Part shown: one piece after another, positions 23,668 to 39,283 of the stretch | How the letters are laid out: every line of letters starts with the position of its first letter | Position numbering within the stretch: the stretch's first letter is position 1 | Origin: Calcarisporiella thermophila CBS 279.70 | Lineage: Eukaryota; Fungi; Calcarisporiellomycota | Direction of reading: 5' to 3' | NCBI RefSeq assembly: GCF_041956535.1 | Contig: NW_027192210.1 | Span: 80,984 to 137,209 of the forward strand | DNA length: 56,226 bases | The notes under the pieces: generated by a model | What the model was told of the DNA's origin: nothing | Databases searched by the model: none | The model's input: only the letters and a program-made list of their open reading frames with translations | Position numbers and translations under genes: made by a program

Positions 23668-23754
23668 TTTTTATATTACAAGTTATTTTGGAATGTTTAT
23701 TACTTGAATATGATTAGTATTGCAATAAAGGACATTTTGGTCAAATAAATAACA

Positions 23755-24563
23755 TCACTTCTTTTTCCTCTTCCCCTTGGACACCTTGGATCCTTCATTA
23801 CGTACGCTCATGATATCCTTCTGACTGAGTTTTAGAACCCCATCCTTAAACTTTCCCATGGCCATCTTCATTCCTCTATTCTTTCGTGGTGCGCCCGATT
23901 TTTCTGATGACTTGTCATTATCTGAATACAGGTGTTTGATTGAACTGTGGTATAATCCAAGATTCTTCGCCTCTTGCAGTTTTTTAGAATGCCTTTCTCT
24001 CTGCTTCTCGCGCATCCCCAGCGCTATTTGAATGGGCATTTTGGGACCCTTAGATGGCTAGAAATAAAAGGTAGCAGAGCGTTAAAAATGGGGATTTAGT
24101 TGGGATGATACACGGTTTGAGAATTACCTTTGCACCAAGTTCGACCAGCTTCTGCTCTTTATACTTTCTCAGATCCTTTCCTGATAGTTGTTCGGCAGCT
24201 ATTAAACATATTGATTTAGCCCAAGAAAATCCTATTTATTCCTGCTCACTGATCGATACATACAGTATTCCTCTAACAGGCGTGTCGTTTTTAATAAATC
24301 TTGTAGTTCACGATCCTTCTCCTTATTTACCTGTTCCTCCTCCATTTCTTTTTGTGTCTTGGGCTTTGCCGGTGCTGGAGGCTTTAGCTTGGATATTTTT
24401 GAAGACTATTATCAAAGCACTTATGAGCATATCCTGATGCGCTTACAAAAGTTTCAAAAAATCAACTTGCCAGGAATGCTCTATAATCTGTTTTGCTCCC
24501 ACCGCTGGCATTCTTTTTGGCTGTGGGATCATTAAATACGACCACCTCTGGTGCCTTTGACAT
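23755..24563 (-). CDS. 40S biogenesis factor Faf1/C1orf131-like (DUF4602)
   Basis: PEVVVF, DRELQDLL, ELGAK, KMPIQIALGM, MGKFKDGVLKLS; Lys-rich; first intron is GC-AG. Confidence 0.72.
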
Positions 24564-24757
24564 TATGACTAGGTAATGTAACGAACAACAGTTTAGATCT
24601 TCAACTCAAAATTATTCAAATTAAAGCTTTCCGTGACCGCACTCTTTAACTGTTTACATGCTCCGCCACCATTAATTCTTTTTGAGTCACATCGAAAATC
24701 GAGCACCTTTTATTCGCAAACATCGTATACTATTATTTACATCAACAGCTCCTTAAT

Positions 24758-27700
24758 ATGACAGTTAATATTCCCACCACACCTAAAGTGGCCGATGAGC
24801 CTAAGAAGGTAGGAATTGGATCCCGCATCCAACTAGATTTGCAATCTAATTAGATGATTCATTCACCATCCCTCATCAATCATCTTAATCTTGAACTCTA
24901 GACACATAAACGTGATGTCCTCTGTGCGCTTGAGGCCAAAGCACAAACCCAATGGGAGCAATCAAAAGTTAATGAGATCGATGCACCCACTATTGAAGAA
25001 CACCCTGACTCTTCCACTTTGCATGAAATATACCCGAAATTCCACGGGTGCATGGCTTATCCATACATGAATGGGCGTCTTCATCTTGGACACGCTTTCA
25101 CTGTCTCGAAAATCGAATTCGCAACGGGTTATTATCGTCTGAAGGGAAGACGTGCCCTATTCCCCCAAGGTTTCCATTGTACTGGTATGCCCATTAAGGT
25201 ACTCCTTCAAATTTTTCGAGATGTTCCTGAGAGAGATAATTAAGCGTTTCGCTACATTCTTTTATTTTGCTTTTGGCTACATCATTATAGGCGTGTGCTG
25301 ATAAGCTCGCTCGCGAAATTGAGATGTTTGGTCAGAACTTTGAACGGTATCAGGAACCAAATGAATCGGCACAGGAGGAGAGCATCTCTAACGAGGTTGC
25401 AAACCTTGATCTTAACAAGAAGGATTCTAAAAAAGATGATGCCAAAAAATCCCAAGCAAATAAGGGCAAAGTTGCTGCTAAGGCCTCTACAGTCAACTAC
25501 CAATTCCAGATCATGCTGAGCCAGGGAGTCCCCCGCGAAGAAATCCACAAATTTGCTAACCCATACCACTGGCTCAAATTCTTCCCTCCTATGGCGATCT
25601 CAGACATGCGCGCAATGGGCTTGCGCGTAGATTGGCGGCGCTCCTTTATCACTACTGACGCCAACCCGTATTATGATTCGTTTGTGAGATGGCAGATGAA
25701 TAAACTTCATGCCCTGAAAAAGATCAAGTTCGGTGAAAGATATACGATCTACTCCCCACTGGACCAGCAGCCATGTATGGATCATGACCGCCAAACTGGT
25801 GAAGCCGTCGGACCACAGGAGTATGTCGGAATCAAGCTCGAAGTTCTTGAATTTGGAGAAAAGAGCCAGCATCTGAAGGAGGCAGTTGGCAACCGTAAGG
25901 TATACATGGTGGCGGCCACCCTGAGACCCGAGACAATGTACGGTCAAACAAACTGCTTTGTCGGACCCCAACTCCAGTACGGTCTCTTCCTTATCGACGA
26001 GCAAACCGTATTCATCTGCACTCAGCGCGCTGCACGCAACATGGCGTTCCAAGGATTCTCCATTGAGAACCACAAGGTCACCTCGATCGGATCCACCTTG
26101 GGCGAGGAATTGGTTGGAACAAAGGTACGCGCTCCACTCTCCCCCTACGAATATGTCTACGTTTTGCCGATGGAGAACGTCTTGGCAACAAAAGGAACTG
26201 GGGTTGTCACCTCCGTGCCTTCCGATTCCCCTGACGACTATATTACGATGCAAGATCTTGCAAAGAAAACCGCATATTACAAGATCCAGCCTGAATGGGT
26301 TACCCCGTTCAAACCCGTTCCAATTGTCAAAACCCAACTCTATGGCGACCTTACTGCGCCCCATGTTTGCAAGTTGAAGAAGATCAACTCGCAAAAGGAC
26401 AAAGAGCAGCTTGCAGAGGCAAAGGAGATGGCCTATAAGGAAGGGTTCTACAACGGAACCATGCTCGTGGGCGATTTTGCTGGAGAAGCAGTTCAGGTTG
26501 CAAAGCCAAAAATCCGCGAGCTTCTTGTGAAACGTGGTGATGCATTTATCTACAACGAGCCCGAGAGCCTCGTTATGTCGCGAAGTGGAGACGAGTGCGT
26601 GGTAGCTCTATTGGACCAGTGGTACTTGGACTACGGAGAGGAGGAATGGAGGGGACAGACGGAGAAGTAATAGCCAATTCTGATGAGGAATATTTCCAAT
26701 CCATTGACGCATTTTACCCATCCAATTTTTAGATGCCTTGAGAACATTAACACCTATGGTGAGGAGACTCGCCATCAGTTCCAGCAAGTGCTTGCTTGGC
26801 TGAATCAGTGGGCATGCGCTCGTTCGTTCGGTCTTGGCACGCGTCTCCCGTGGGACCCGCAGTTCCTTGTTGAATCTCTCTCCGACTCCACTATCTACAT
26901 GGCATACTATACAGTGGCCCACATCCTGCACGGCGGAAATCTCGACGGCTCCTCCAGCCCCTACAACATTCCACCCGAGGCTATGACTGACGCAGTGTGG
27001 GACCATATTTTCATGGGAACTCCTGCACCTGCCGACACACAGATTCCTAAGGAGACCCTGCAAAAACTGCAAAGAGAATTCGACTACTTCTACCCCTTGG
27101 ACTTGCGTGTGTCTGGCAAGGATTTGATCCCGAACCATCTGACCTTCTGGCTCTACAATCACGTGGCCCTCTTCCCCGAAAGCAAATGGCCTCTCGGGGT
27201 CCGTGCGAATGGCCATCTGATGTTGAACGGTGAAAAGATGAGCAAGTCAACCGGCAACTTCATGACCATGAATGACGCCATCGCCAAGTATGGTGCGGAC
27301 GCAACACGTATCTCGCTTGCCGATGCTGGCGATGGCATTGAGGACGCAAACTTCGAGGAGGTTACAGCCAATGCCGCCATCCTGCGTCTGTTCACCCTTA
27401 TGGAGTGGTGTGAGGTAAGCATCGTTTTGTTTAGGACGCTCTCCTATTGTTACTCCGCCGCTTGATTCATATACTCACCATTGTATATCCACCCAATAGG
27501 ACATGGTGAAAAACCAAGATTCCCTTCGCACTGGCCCTGTGGACCAAATTTTCCATGACCGCGTTTTCGCCCACGAAATGAACCGGTGCATTCATCTCGC
27601 TGATGAGGCGTACTCTCAGCTGCAGTTCCGTGAAGCTTTGAAGAATGGATTCTACGAGCTGCAGCACGCTCGTGACTGGTATCAGCAGGTGTGCCAGGTC

Positions 27701-28470
27701 GCCGGTGGCATGCACCGCGATCTCGTCTTGCGATTCATCGAGGTACAGGCTTTGCTGTTGTCACCTATTGCGCCACATTGGGCTGAGCATATCTGGAGCA
27801 CTGTGCTGAAGAAGGTAAAAGAGAATATTTTTTTCGGACCCCGTTGAACCCCTTGAATAACCCATCATGATTTCTTGCTCTACAGCCTGAAAGCGTCATG
27901 CGTGCCCGCTGGCCGGAGGCTCCTAAGCACATCGACGAAGGCCTACTTGAAGCAGCTTCATACATCCGCTCGCTGGTCAAGCAAATCCGTGACCTTGAAG
28001 CGAGCAACGATAAGAAGGGAGGAAAGAAATCAAAGGCTCCAAAGGTGGTCTATGATCCCACCGCACCCAAGGCACTCTCCATTTACGTGGCCTCCTCCTT
28101 CCCCGAATGGCAAAACGAGGCAATGGAGATTCTCAAGCTGGTATATGTGGATGGAAAGTTTGATGATGCAGCAATGAAGAAGGAGTTCCAGGAGCGAGGC
28201 CTGCTCAAAAACAAGAAGGTGATGCCGTTTGCTCAGGAGCAAAAGAAGAAAGTGGAAAAATTTGGAGCCGTTGCATTCAACCGCGCTTTACTCTTCAACG
28301 AATTGGAGGTTCTTAACGAGAATGCCGAGTTCATTAAGCGCACCCTGGGCTTCCATACCGCAAGAATCATTATCGCAGACTCGGTGACCGACGAGACCGA
28401 GAAGCGTGCGGCGGAGATTGCCGTACCGGGGGAGCCAGGAATTCTGTTTAAGAATGAGGAGCAAAACTAA
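24758..28470 (+). CDS. CDC60: Cytoplasmic leucyl-tRNA synthetase
   Basis: [40 protein letters not shown] (editing domain), [15 protein letters not shown]. Confidence 0.97.
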
Positions 28471-28698
28471 AATTTCAAAGTCTTTTTTTTTCCTAGACAA
28501 AAATAAACCGATATGAAATATATACACTTTTTATTTTTAGTTGGTGTTTTTCATTTTTTTGTAAGCATCGAAGTAGAATAGCAAGAAGAAAAATAAAAAA
28601 ATGCCTTTATATAAAAAAAAACTAAGTTCACAGGACTATTGGGGAAAAACAGGAAAAAAGCAGCAATAACGATAAAATGTATTAGTGGAACAATAACT

Positions 28699-30069
28699 CT
28701 AGTGTTTTGTTGCATAGCTCCCTTGATACGTGGGATCCTGACTTGCATACTTCACACCTGCATCTTGACCGGGTGGAGGCGGAGGCTGCAACGTGGTGTA
28801 ATCCATCGGTGCTGCACTTGTAGTGCTCTGTCCGGCTGCTGCTTGCTTCAACTCCGATCTAGGCCCTTGAGGTCGGGGGCGTGCCCAAGTAACACGCAGT
28901 ACTTTTCCATTGATTTCCAAATTGTTGAAGGACTTTTCGGCAGCCTTCTCCGCAGCGGCGCGGGTTAAAAAGTTGATAAATGCGCACTTGGACTTATGGC
29001 TTACTACAACCGATTTTAAGTCGCCAAAAGTCGAAAAGTGCTCCTTCAGATCGGTATCCTTGACGCTCTCGTCTACACCCGTGATGAAGAGTGATGTCTA
29101 AAAAGAATTATCGGCAACTTTAGCCATTGATTCCTTTCTCCACATGGAACACAATTTACATACCACCGTCTCGTCATCCGGCTTTTCCAGTGCTTTTTTA
29201 TCGTCTGTCCTATTTAGCATTCTCTTTGCCACTGGATCGTTATTGCCATAGTATCGATCCTTAAAGTTCTGTTTCTTTAGATCTCCTGCGTCGTCATCTT
29301 CGGGCATTGTATGCCTGTAGGGACACTCATTGCCCCGACGACATTCTCCTTTGACATAAAAGGAGCACAAATGCGGCAGATTCCGTTTATAATAAGGTTG
29401 CTTACGTGCGATCTTAGAAAGGAGAGCATGGCCTGTTGCATCGCCCTTACTGTAATCCACATAGCTTTCGGTCATAGTTGACAACTAGTATTGAAATTAA
29501 ATGTTAGATCCAACCCAAGAATTAAGGAGCAGCCGCATCTCAAAGATCACCTACTTTACTCTCCATATTCTGAATGAAATATTCACGGTTTACATCTGAT
29601 TGAGGAGCATCATTCTCCAAGCCTAGTATTGTGTCACGGACTTGCACTGGAAGACCATACTGCAAATCAAGCAGACAAGTCTGACATACGTTCTTGAGCT
29701 TTGCACAAGTTTGGCATATTTCCGTCTTTTTGTAACGCATCCCAGCCCCAGGAAGCCATCGGAAAACTGAAAAAGGACGATTGCAGATCTAAGTGCACAA
29801 AAGAATATTTCGATCGCAAAATTAGATAAATGAGATAGATCAAACCAAAGAAGATGTGTGTTATTCTCACCTTGCATTCTCGGCCATAATTTTGTTTTGT
29901 CTATGAAAAAAATTGATCATAATTGAGTTTCATTGATCTACTGAACACCATCCATTAAATACGTTACCATTCGCACATAAGGGTTGTCACCCAGACATGT
30001 CTCGCACAGGATCGGGAATTCTGCTTCTTCCCATCCTGTTTTATTCAGATCGCCTTTGATTAAACTCAT
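28699..30069 (-). CDS. SLT11: Pre-mRNA splicing factor Slt11/Ecm2/RBM22
   Basis: [43 protein letters not shown] finger [39 protein letters not shown]. Confidence 0.95.
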
Positions 30070-31758
30070 TTTTTTTAATCCCGAGAAGCTGATCTGTACA
30101 ATAGTTTGGAATAACAACTCAAATATTATGAATCTAAGCCACACATATAGATGATTCGATCGCAACTGGCTAATTATTACAAATATAAAGGATCTCATGC
30201 ATACACTGTATATCCAACCAAAGTCTCATTAACAAGACATACACTATGCCAACTAAATCAATGAGAGTCCAAGGAATATTGAGAAAAGAATTAAATATAG
30301 GGCGTTGGCCCGCTGCACTTATGCCCCCCTCCCCAATCCCTATCCAATTTGGCTAATTGAAGAAAGATACCATACCCTAAACTAAACTTATAACGTTAAT
30401 TAGCATATGTATCATATGGAAGCATCTATTTATTTCAACATAAACAAATAGAGCGCGTTAACATTAATGTTAACCGATTTTATCGGTTTCCAAATGGAAT
30501 GAAAAGGAGAATGTGCATAGGTTAAAAGTTAAAATGGTGATATTAAGACAAATTATATTAAGCCCCAACCATTCTGTCTGCACTCCGCATTAAGAAAGAA
30601 GATAAATATAAATGTGCTCAATTGAAATCATATATAGTATTATTTGTCGCTCTGACGCTTGCAAAGACATTTCAATGTCTTTGCAATCTTTAAGCTTTGT
30701 TACAATTGTGACAAGCTTAAACACAAGTTCCAGTTGTTAGCTCCTTTCTCACTTGCTATCTGGCTCATTAATATTTAGAAATATCACTGTGTAGCTTTTC
30801 AGGATCTTTTTTTACTCCCTACACTGACCTTCGTTGGCTATACGTCAAAAGAGCGCCCATGTTTTGACTGAAAACTCTCCATTCGCTGAACCGTTGAATG
30901 CATCAAAACTTTTCTCTTCATAGATCTCGCGGCATCTAAGGGAGATTTGTGGCATTGTCAGATTTAAAACTGAAAAGGTTCCATGGGAAATGTTATGAAA
31001 ATTTACGAATTAATAAATTGCATAATTGGATCTTCGAAATATTAGTTCATATAAACCCAATTTTATGCTACAAGAAACCTTAAAATGATCTGCATTTTAT
31101 TCTTTAACAAGAGTATATGGATAAACACTCGAGTGCTATCTACTATACACAAGGTGAAAATGTTTGTTAGTGTCGAACATGGCATCTTCTAAACATTTCA
31201 AAGTACATCCACGTCAGAGGAAGAATATTGATGCATTTAATACAGAAAATTCTTAGATGAATTGGATTAGAGCAGCATTATGACACCTGCGTAACCTGAT
31301 ACAAGAAGACACCGATCGAAGTTCCTATAATGCTTATATTAAGGGAAACATTGAATTTCGCCCAAAATCTCAAGAAGTATGCAATAGCTAGCCAGCATTT
31401 ACAACCGAAGCCCCTTCCCCGTTCAAATAAAATCTCATAAAGCCCCTCGCTAGTTGTAGGGATTACTAGATGGAGCAATAGGGAGCCCAATCTGCGTGAG
31501 AAGATTTAGGCGGCAAAGACAGGTGAATCCATTATCCACAGCTCGATACCGCGGAATAACCATAGATTTTATGCGAAATGACCATGTTTTTGACAGTTTG
31601 CTCGTCCTCAAGACTCTTATGACTTCCAGCCACCGGATGCTTAGTGACCCGAAACACGGTCCAAATCTGAAATTCAGGCGATTGGTATTTTTTCCTTGGG
31701 AACTTGGTGACCCATACTCTTGCAGCAGCAGCCAGCCTACTTTCCATGGAGTGATAGG

Positions 31759-33192
31759 ATGCATACAGCGAAGACACCGGTGATTGTTGTTCTTGGGGCA
31801 GTGCGCTACTCTCGCACTGAATTCGAAGAATTGACTAAACAATACATAATTCACGTAATGATCCCTCCCAATCCAGCTGATGTGATTAAACACGCGTCTA
31901 TTGGGCTCGAGATTTACAAGAATTCTCGTCTTTTCCCTTTAGTTCGTTGAGGCTGATACAGGGCTAACAAGAAATCAATTTCTCTCGGATTGTACTACTC
32001 GTTACAATGGCATGATAGCTCTTTTTAGGGGCTATATTCCAATAGGGAGTAAGATTTGGACTGTCAGTAATCCGTCCGGAATTTTTGAATAGAGATGCGG
32101 CACATTTACTTGTATGATGACTATAGGAATTTAATTTCGATGCCGATTTTGTGAACACATTGCCAGACACGGTACGGATTATTACACTCATGAGTTCTGG
32201 TTACAGCCATGTCGATGTGGATGCGTGCACTAAGCGGGGAATATGGGTTTCCAATACTAGAGGAGCTGTTGATGCAGGTGGGTACAAACAAAGCTCCCAA
32301 ATGACTACCCTTCAACAACTCATGGATAATATGATGTTCTAGCGGTGGCAGACACAACCATATATCTGATGCTCTCTGCTCTCCGTAATTTCCCCAAAGC
32401 TGAAAAATTGCTAAGGGAAGGAAGGTGGTCGGACAGCTTCGAAAATCATCAAGATCCCGAAGGACTGCGTCTCGGTGTGTTGGGAATGGGAGCCATCGGG
32501 AAGGTGCGATTTAAGCTAGAGGCTTTCCATCCCACCTTTTAAATACTTTGCGGCACACTAACTTTAACTTAATTCTCTCCCAATTGCTTTAGGCAGTGGC
32601 ACAGAGGGCAAAAGTCTTTGGCATGGAAATCCAATATCACAATAGGCATCGGCTTCCACCAGAAGGTAAACACGGAGAGTTCTTCCTCCACATTCTTAGT
32701 CTCTTTTCCCTTAGCATAATGCGCTATTTCTTTCTCCAATTTGTAGAAGAGCAAGGGGCAATCTACGTGTCTCTGGAAACTCTTTTGTCTACCTCCGACA
32801 TTCTCACCCTACATGTCCCCCTAGCCGATGATACCCATCACCTTCTTTCGACTCCCGAGTTTTCCATGGTTAAACGCGGATGCATCCTTATTAATACGAG
32901 CAGAGGCCCCGTGGTCGACGAAGAAGCACTCGTCCATGCCCTGGAGACTGGGCAAGTTCGGGCCGCTGGGCTGGACGTCTTCGAAAATGAGCCATATGTG
33001 AACCCTAGACTCCTGGCCCATGAGAATACTACATTGCTGCCTCACGTGGGCACCTATACACAAGGGACATTTCGCAAGATGGAGCTGAAAGCCATTGAAA
33101 ACTTGTTGAAGTTCCTAGAGGAGGGGAAGCCGTTGACGCCGGTGAATAATCCGCATGTGCAACCGAGCGTTGTCAAAACCGCGGGAGGATGA
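31759..33192 (+). CDS. D-isomer-specific 2-hydroxyacid dehydrogenase (glyoxylate reductase-like)
   Basis: GIWVSNT, ADTTIYLML, LGVLGMGAIG, LINTSRGPVVDEEAL, GLDVFENEP, LLPHVGT. The start may lie further upstream. Confidence 0.92.
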
Positions 33193-33546
33193 GCGTGAAT
33201 AGGAATAATTTGAATAAAGAATAATTTTATATCAGAAATTGGACACGCACACACACATACACACTTAATTCAATGGGATGGTGAGTGAACTTGTATAATT
33301 AAGATGTATAATGAAAGTTGAACCTCGATATGAAAGTATCAACTATGGAATGTATAGACTGGAGATCAAGAGAGAAAAAAAGACCAAAAAAAATGTACAC
33401 CTCGTGACGATCTTCTTCCAGTGATGAATTAGTACAGAAAATGAGCGAACGAAGAAAATAAATCACAAACACAAAAGGGAAATAGCACAGCAAATAAACA
33501 GGGTGTATAATAAAAATGGAGAGGGGGGGGGGAATTTATATATCAT

Positions 33547-35929
33547 CTAAGCTTCTTCCCACTCCAAAATACTCTTCCTTCCCTCTTTCTTTCGCATGAC
33601 CAAACTCCTTGTCCGTGCTGATAGGCAGTCCAGAGTGGATACGTCATTGAACTTCTCGTCCACTGCACTCCTTACGCTCCATCCCACACCCGAGGCAGAC
33701 CTCAGTCGAACCGGTGATTTTGGACTGCTGGGTGACGAATGGGATTTGTAGACGTTCGCAGCAGCAGTATTAATTCGAAGAGAGTTCGCAGGAGAGGGGA
33801 GCGGAGTAGCTGGGTATACGGTGTCATTTCCATGGTTGGATATTGTGGGCATATAGGATAGAGGGCGCATTTGCTGTCGATGTGGATCCGAGATGGAACG
33901 CGAGACGTTTGTCTCTCTTCTGCTATGGTGCCCAGGCGGAGGCGTCTCGCCCTCAGCGCTCTTGCTCGCGGTCATGGAGCGCACCTGGCGACGTCGTGCC
34001 CAGGTTGAATCCTCGATTGGCATGAGAATCCCTGTTAGAGACAGTGAGCCAGCGCCCTTCTCTGTCCCACTCACACTGGGTTTTAACGGCAATACGGAGC
34101 CTTCCGCAATGGTCCTTGACAACACCTGGATCCACAGCCGCTTCTCCTGTGGACATGCTGCGCCAAATTCAAACTGCCTATGTTTGTAGGTTAAGCGCCA
34201 GGCTTCGCCTAGCACACCCTCACCCTCCTCCAAATCCTGTAGAGTAAACATTCGCAATGGGAACCAGTGAACGGGTTCGTATTCGGTTGATCTGGCCCGA
34301 ACAATAATGACATAAGTTGTGAACACAAAGCATCCGTAGTATTTCACCTCCACCTCCTCCAGGTCTTTCTGCTTGCCGTTGACTCCACATAGGTTCACAA
34401 AATGCAATGGGCCAGCGATGACTAGGTCGCCTAGACCGCGCACGAATTCCTTGGATAGACGCCAGTCGCACACCAGTCTCTCGCAGAATCTTCGAGTGCG
34501 AAGAGAGCGCTCTATGGCTTGCTTTGTTGTGTTGATGCGCTCAATGGTTGTCCGCATCATTTTGTGGGCACGACAGAGTTCGGGGTACGCGGGTGAGTGT
34601 GGTAATGTATAGCGCAAAATCTCCTTAAGCAGGAGAGGATAGCGACATATTCTCTGGACAGGCTGGAAAATATTGAAACCCCGTAAGTATTCAGTAGGGT
34701 AAATAACCACTTGAAGTGGGAAATTTGTACCATAATCATTAGATCCTTCAACTCCAGCCTCACTCCATCTCCACCCTCTAATATCCTATCATAGCATGCG
34801 CGTTCGAAAGTCTCCCACTCAGGCTTCTTACGATACGTGTCCAGCACTCTCAGTGCTTCGTCATGAAATATCAGATATTCTGAATAGATGTTGAATTTAT
34901 TTGCCTACATTGGTGCACCGTTCAAATAAGTTTTGTGTCTTCTTCTTCTCTTGCCCTCCTCATCGAATAGGTACTTACAGGCTGCATGAAGCAATAGGCG
35001 AGTTGCTCGAAAGTTCCGCAATCTACTTCCTCTGAATTTGCGGTGGGTGTGCCGGTGGCGTTTTCCAGCACTTCAAGAAACTCCCGCTGAAAATCCAAAA
35101 GTTCCCGCGCGTTGCGTACAAGGACACACTTGTCATCAGCAGGAATCCAGGCTAGCTCATCGATGGGTTCCAAGTAGCCCTGTGGTGGGAAATAGTTGAT
35201 GGGATTTGTTAATGGCCACCACTCATAGTTCGAAATAGAAGAAAAAAAATCTCAAAATAAGCAGAAAATTACATGGAAGAGTAAATGTAGAGCATCGACA
35301 TATCGCTTCTCCGTCTCTACCATCTCTCTGAGCGCATGCTCTCCCTTTAAACTCCTTAATTTCTCTGGAGACTTGTTTTGATTAGAAGAGGAGGAACGTG
35401 GAGGCGGAGGCGTTGCTGAGTCTTGCTGCTGCTGCTGTTGCTGCCGCTGTTGTTGAAAATAAACAGTAGCAACATCTCTTAGGGACTCATTCACCGCACG
35501 GTGTAATTTATCATCATCTAAATCCGAACATGCAGTAGAAATTGAATGAAGGGTTCTAGGGGAGTCGAGTGGTGGCGTGGGCAATTGGTCGGTGGATGTT
35601 TCTTCAGCTATTACTGGTAGCGGGGATAGCTGTGGAGATGTATCCACTGCAAATACCGCATCCATAGTCTCCTGCATCCAACCTGAGTTGTCTTCATTTG
35701 AAGGGTTAGAATTCGTCTCCACACTATAAATTGTAGCAGGGTTCATGTCGGCGTCTTTTTTCATTGCATTCATTGCTGCAGGGCTATTGAATAAAAATCG
35801 GGAGCGGAATGGGGAGTCTGCGAGCGAAAGGATAGAGGTGACACGGCGGCGTAAAGAGGTTGGTTGCAATAAATGACGCCAAGTCTTGGGAGAATGAGCT
35901 GCCGCGGGAACAGTGTTGCTACGACCCAT
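33547..35929 (-). CDS. Dbl-homology/PH Rho guanine nucleotide exchange factor
   Basis: ALREMVETEKRYVDAL, LKDLMIM-PVQRICRYPLLLKEIL, PH-like region. Disordered N-terminus with polyQ. Confidence 0.9.
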
Positions 35930-36860
35930 TTGAAATCCTAGATAATATTAATGAGGGGAAAGGACCGGAATGCGAATGTGGGCGTGTAAAGAAAAGCAGC
36001 AAGAGTTTAAGAAGACGCGCGGCGCCAACAACAGTCTCTCTCTAATAAGTCTAAGCGAATTTTAGGAAAAGAAATAAAAAATAAACAAAAGCGAGGTTTC
36101 ATAAGTCTTAAGTGGTATTTTTGTTCCTGTCCCTCGGGAAACAAGAAACAAGTGGAAGAGGCTGGATTGAAGGATTTTTCAATTTTTTTTCGCGGGTCTC
36201 CCAGGTCCTGTAGCCCAGCAGCCATTCAAATCCTGTGAGCAGTCACAGTATCGATCGAGTGCTTATTAGGAAATTAATATTGTGGAAATCGGGTGGCTAT
36301 CAGTGAATATATTGCTTATTGATGAGCAATATTGGTTTTTCCATGGCTTCAATTTCCTCTCTCATTAACATTATATTAACCCTCAAATCTAGGAGAGCTT
36401 CCATCACGCCTTCCATTAGGTAATCAACTGATAAGCTCAAAGGCAGTCACGACCTGATTTTTTCGCGGCAATAAAAAACCGTATGACTGGTAAAAAGACC
36501 TGAGCAAAGAATTGGGATGGCATGCAATTCCTGGTGAATGAGCTGCTCCATGGAAGCTTTGCAAGAATATTTCAAACGTGGATCTCTATCTTGCTCTCAC
36601 TAATTGCTAACCTTTGATCCCTTGGTTTATTTTCTGCTTGATTTGGAGGGTCCGCTATAGAGAATTAATTCACGAAGTTGTGGTGTTTAAATTGTATTTG
36701 TCCCCTTACCCATAGAGAAAAATCGAGTGCCAGTACAATGACGATAATTAAAGTTTCAAAACATGGAATTGGAGTTTTCATTTCATGTTAACACATTAGA
36801 AGATTATGAATGCTCTATATATTATAAAACAAGGTTACAGTGCCGATTCTATAATGTAAG

Positions 36861-38795
<1,935 letters not shown>

Positions 38796-39283
38796 TTAGC
38801 AAGTAGCCCGATATTAAAGTGGTAATATATATTTCCCCATAATATAGATGCATGATCGAAGATTGATTGGTAATGTTATGCTGTGATGCTCCGAGTAGTT
38901 CAGCCATCAACGAATTCACTAACCTGAGGCCCAACATTGATGATAATAAAGCGCCCATTCACCTATAATCGGCCGCGAATGAGTTTATGACCTCCGTCCA
39001 CGCCATAGCGTGTCTGCTACTTGGGCCTGGGTGATTTCCGCAATTCAACCTCCCTCAAGATAAAAGCTGAAACCAAACCCGTTCTGCCATGTATTTCAAT
39101 AACTTCCTCTTTTGCTACTCAGCATCAACGCACGGAAAACAAGCAAATCCACTTTTTAAGGTCGTGGTCTTTCTTCCCTACCCTTTCTCCGTATTTTATT
39201 TCTTTTGTCTTTACCCGAAGAATAGCGTGCTGGTCACCTTTTCCCTTCTTTTACCCATTATTTCAATCATTTAGTTTTCAGCT

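Noticed and set aside
25600-27216. Long antisense ORFs opposite LeuRS (also opposite the ABC transporter and 14-3-3)
   Set aside because: Shadow ORFs caused by codon bias of the real genes.
31450-31760. TPP riboswitch in an intron-containing leader
   Set aside because: The conserved CUGAGA and AUACC...GAUAA core is absent.
33245-33265. (CA)n run, and the CAG/CAA run at ~35420-35455
   Set aside because: Ordinary short microsatellites.
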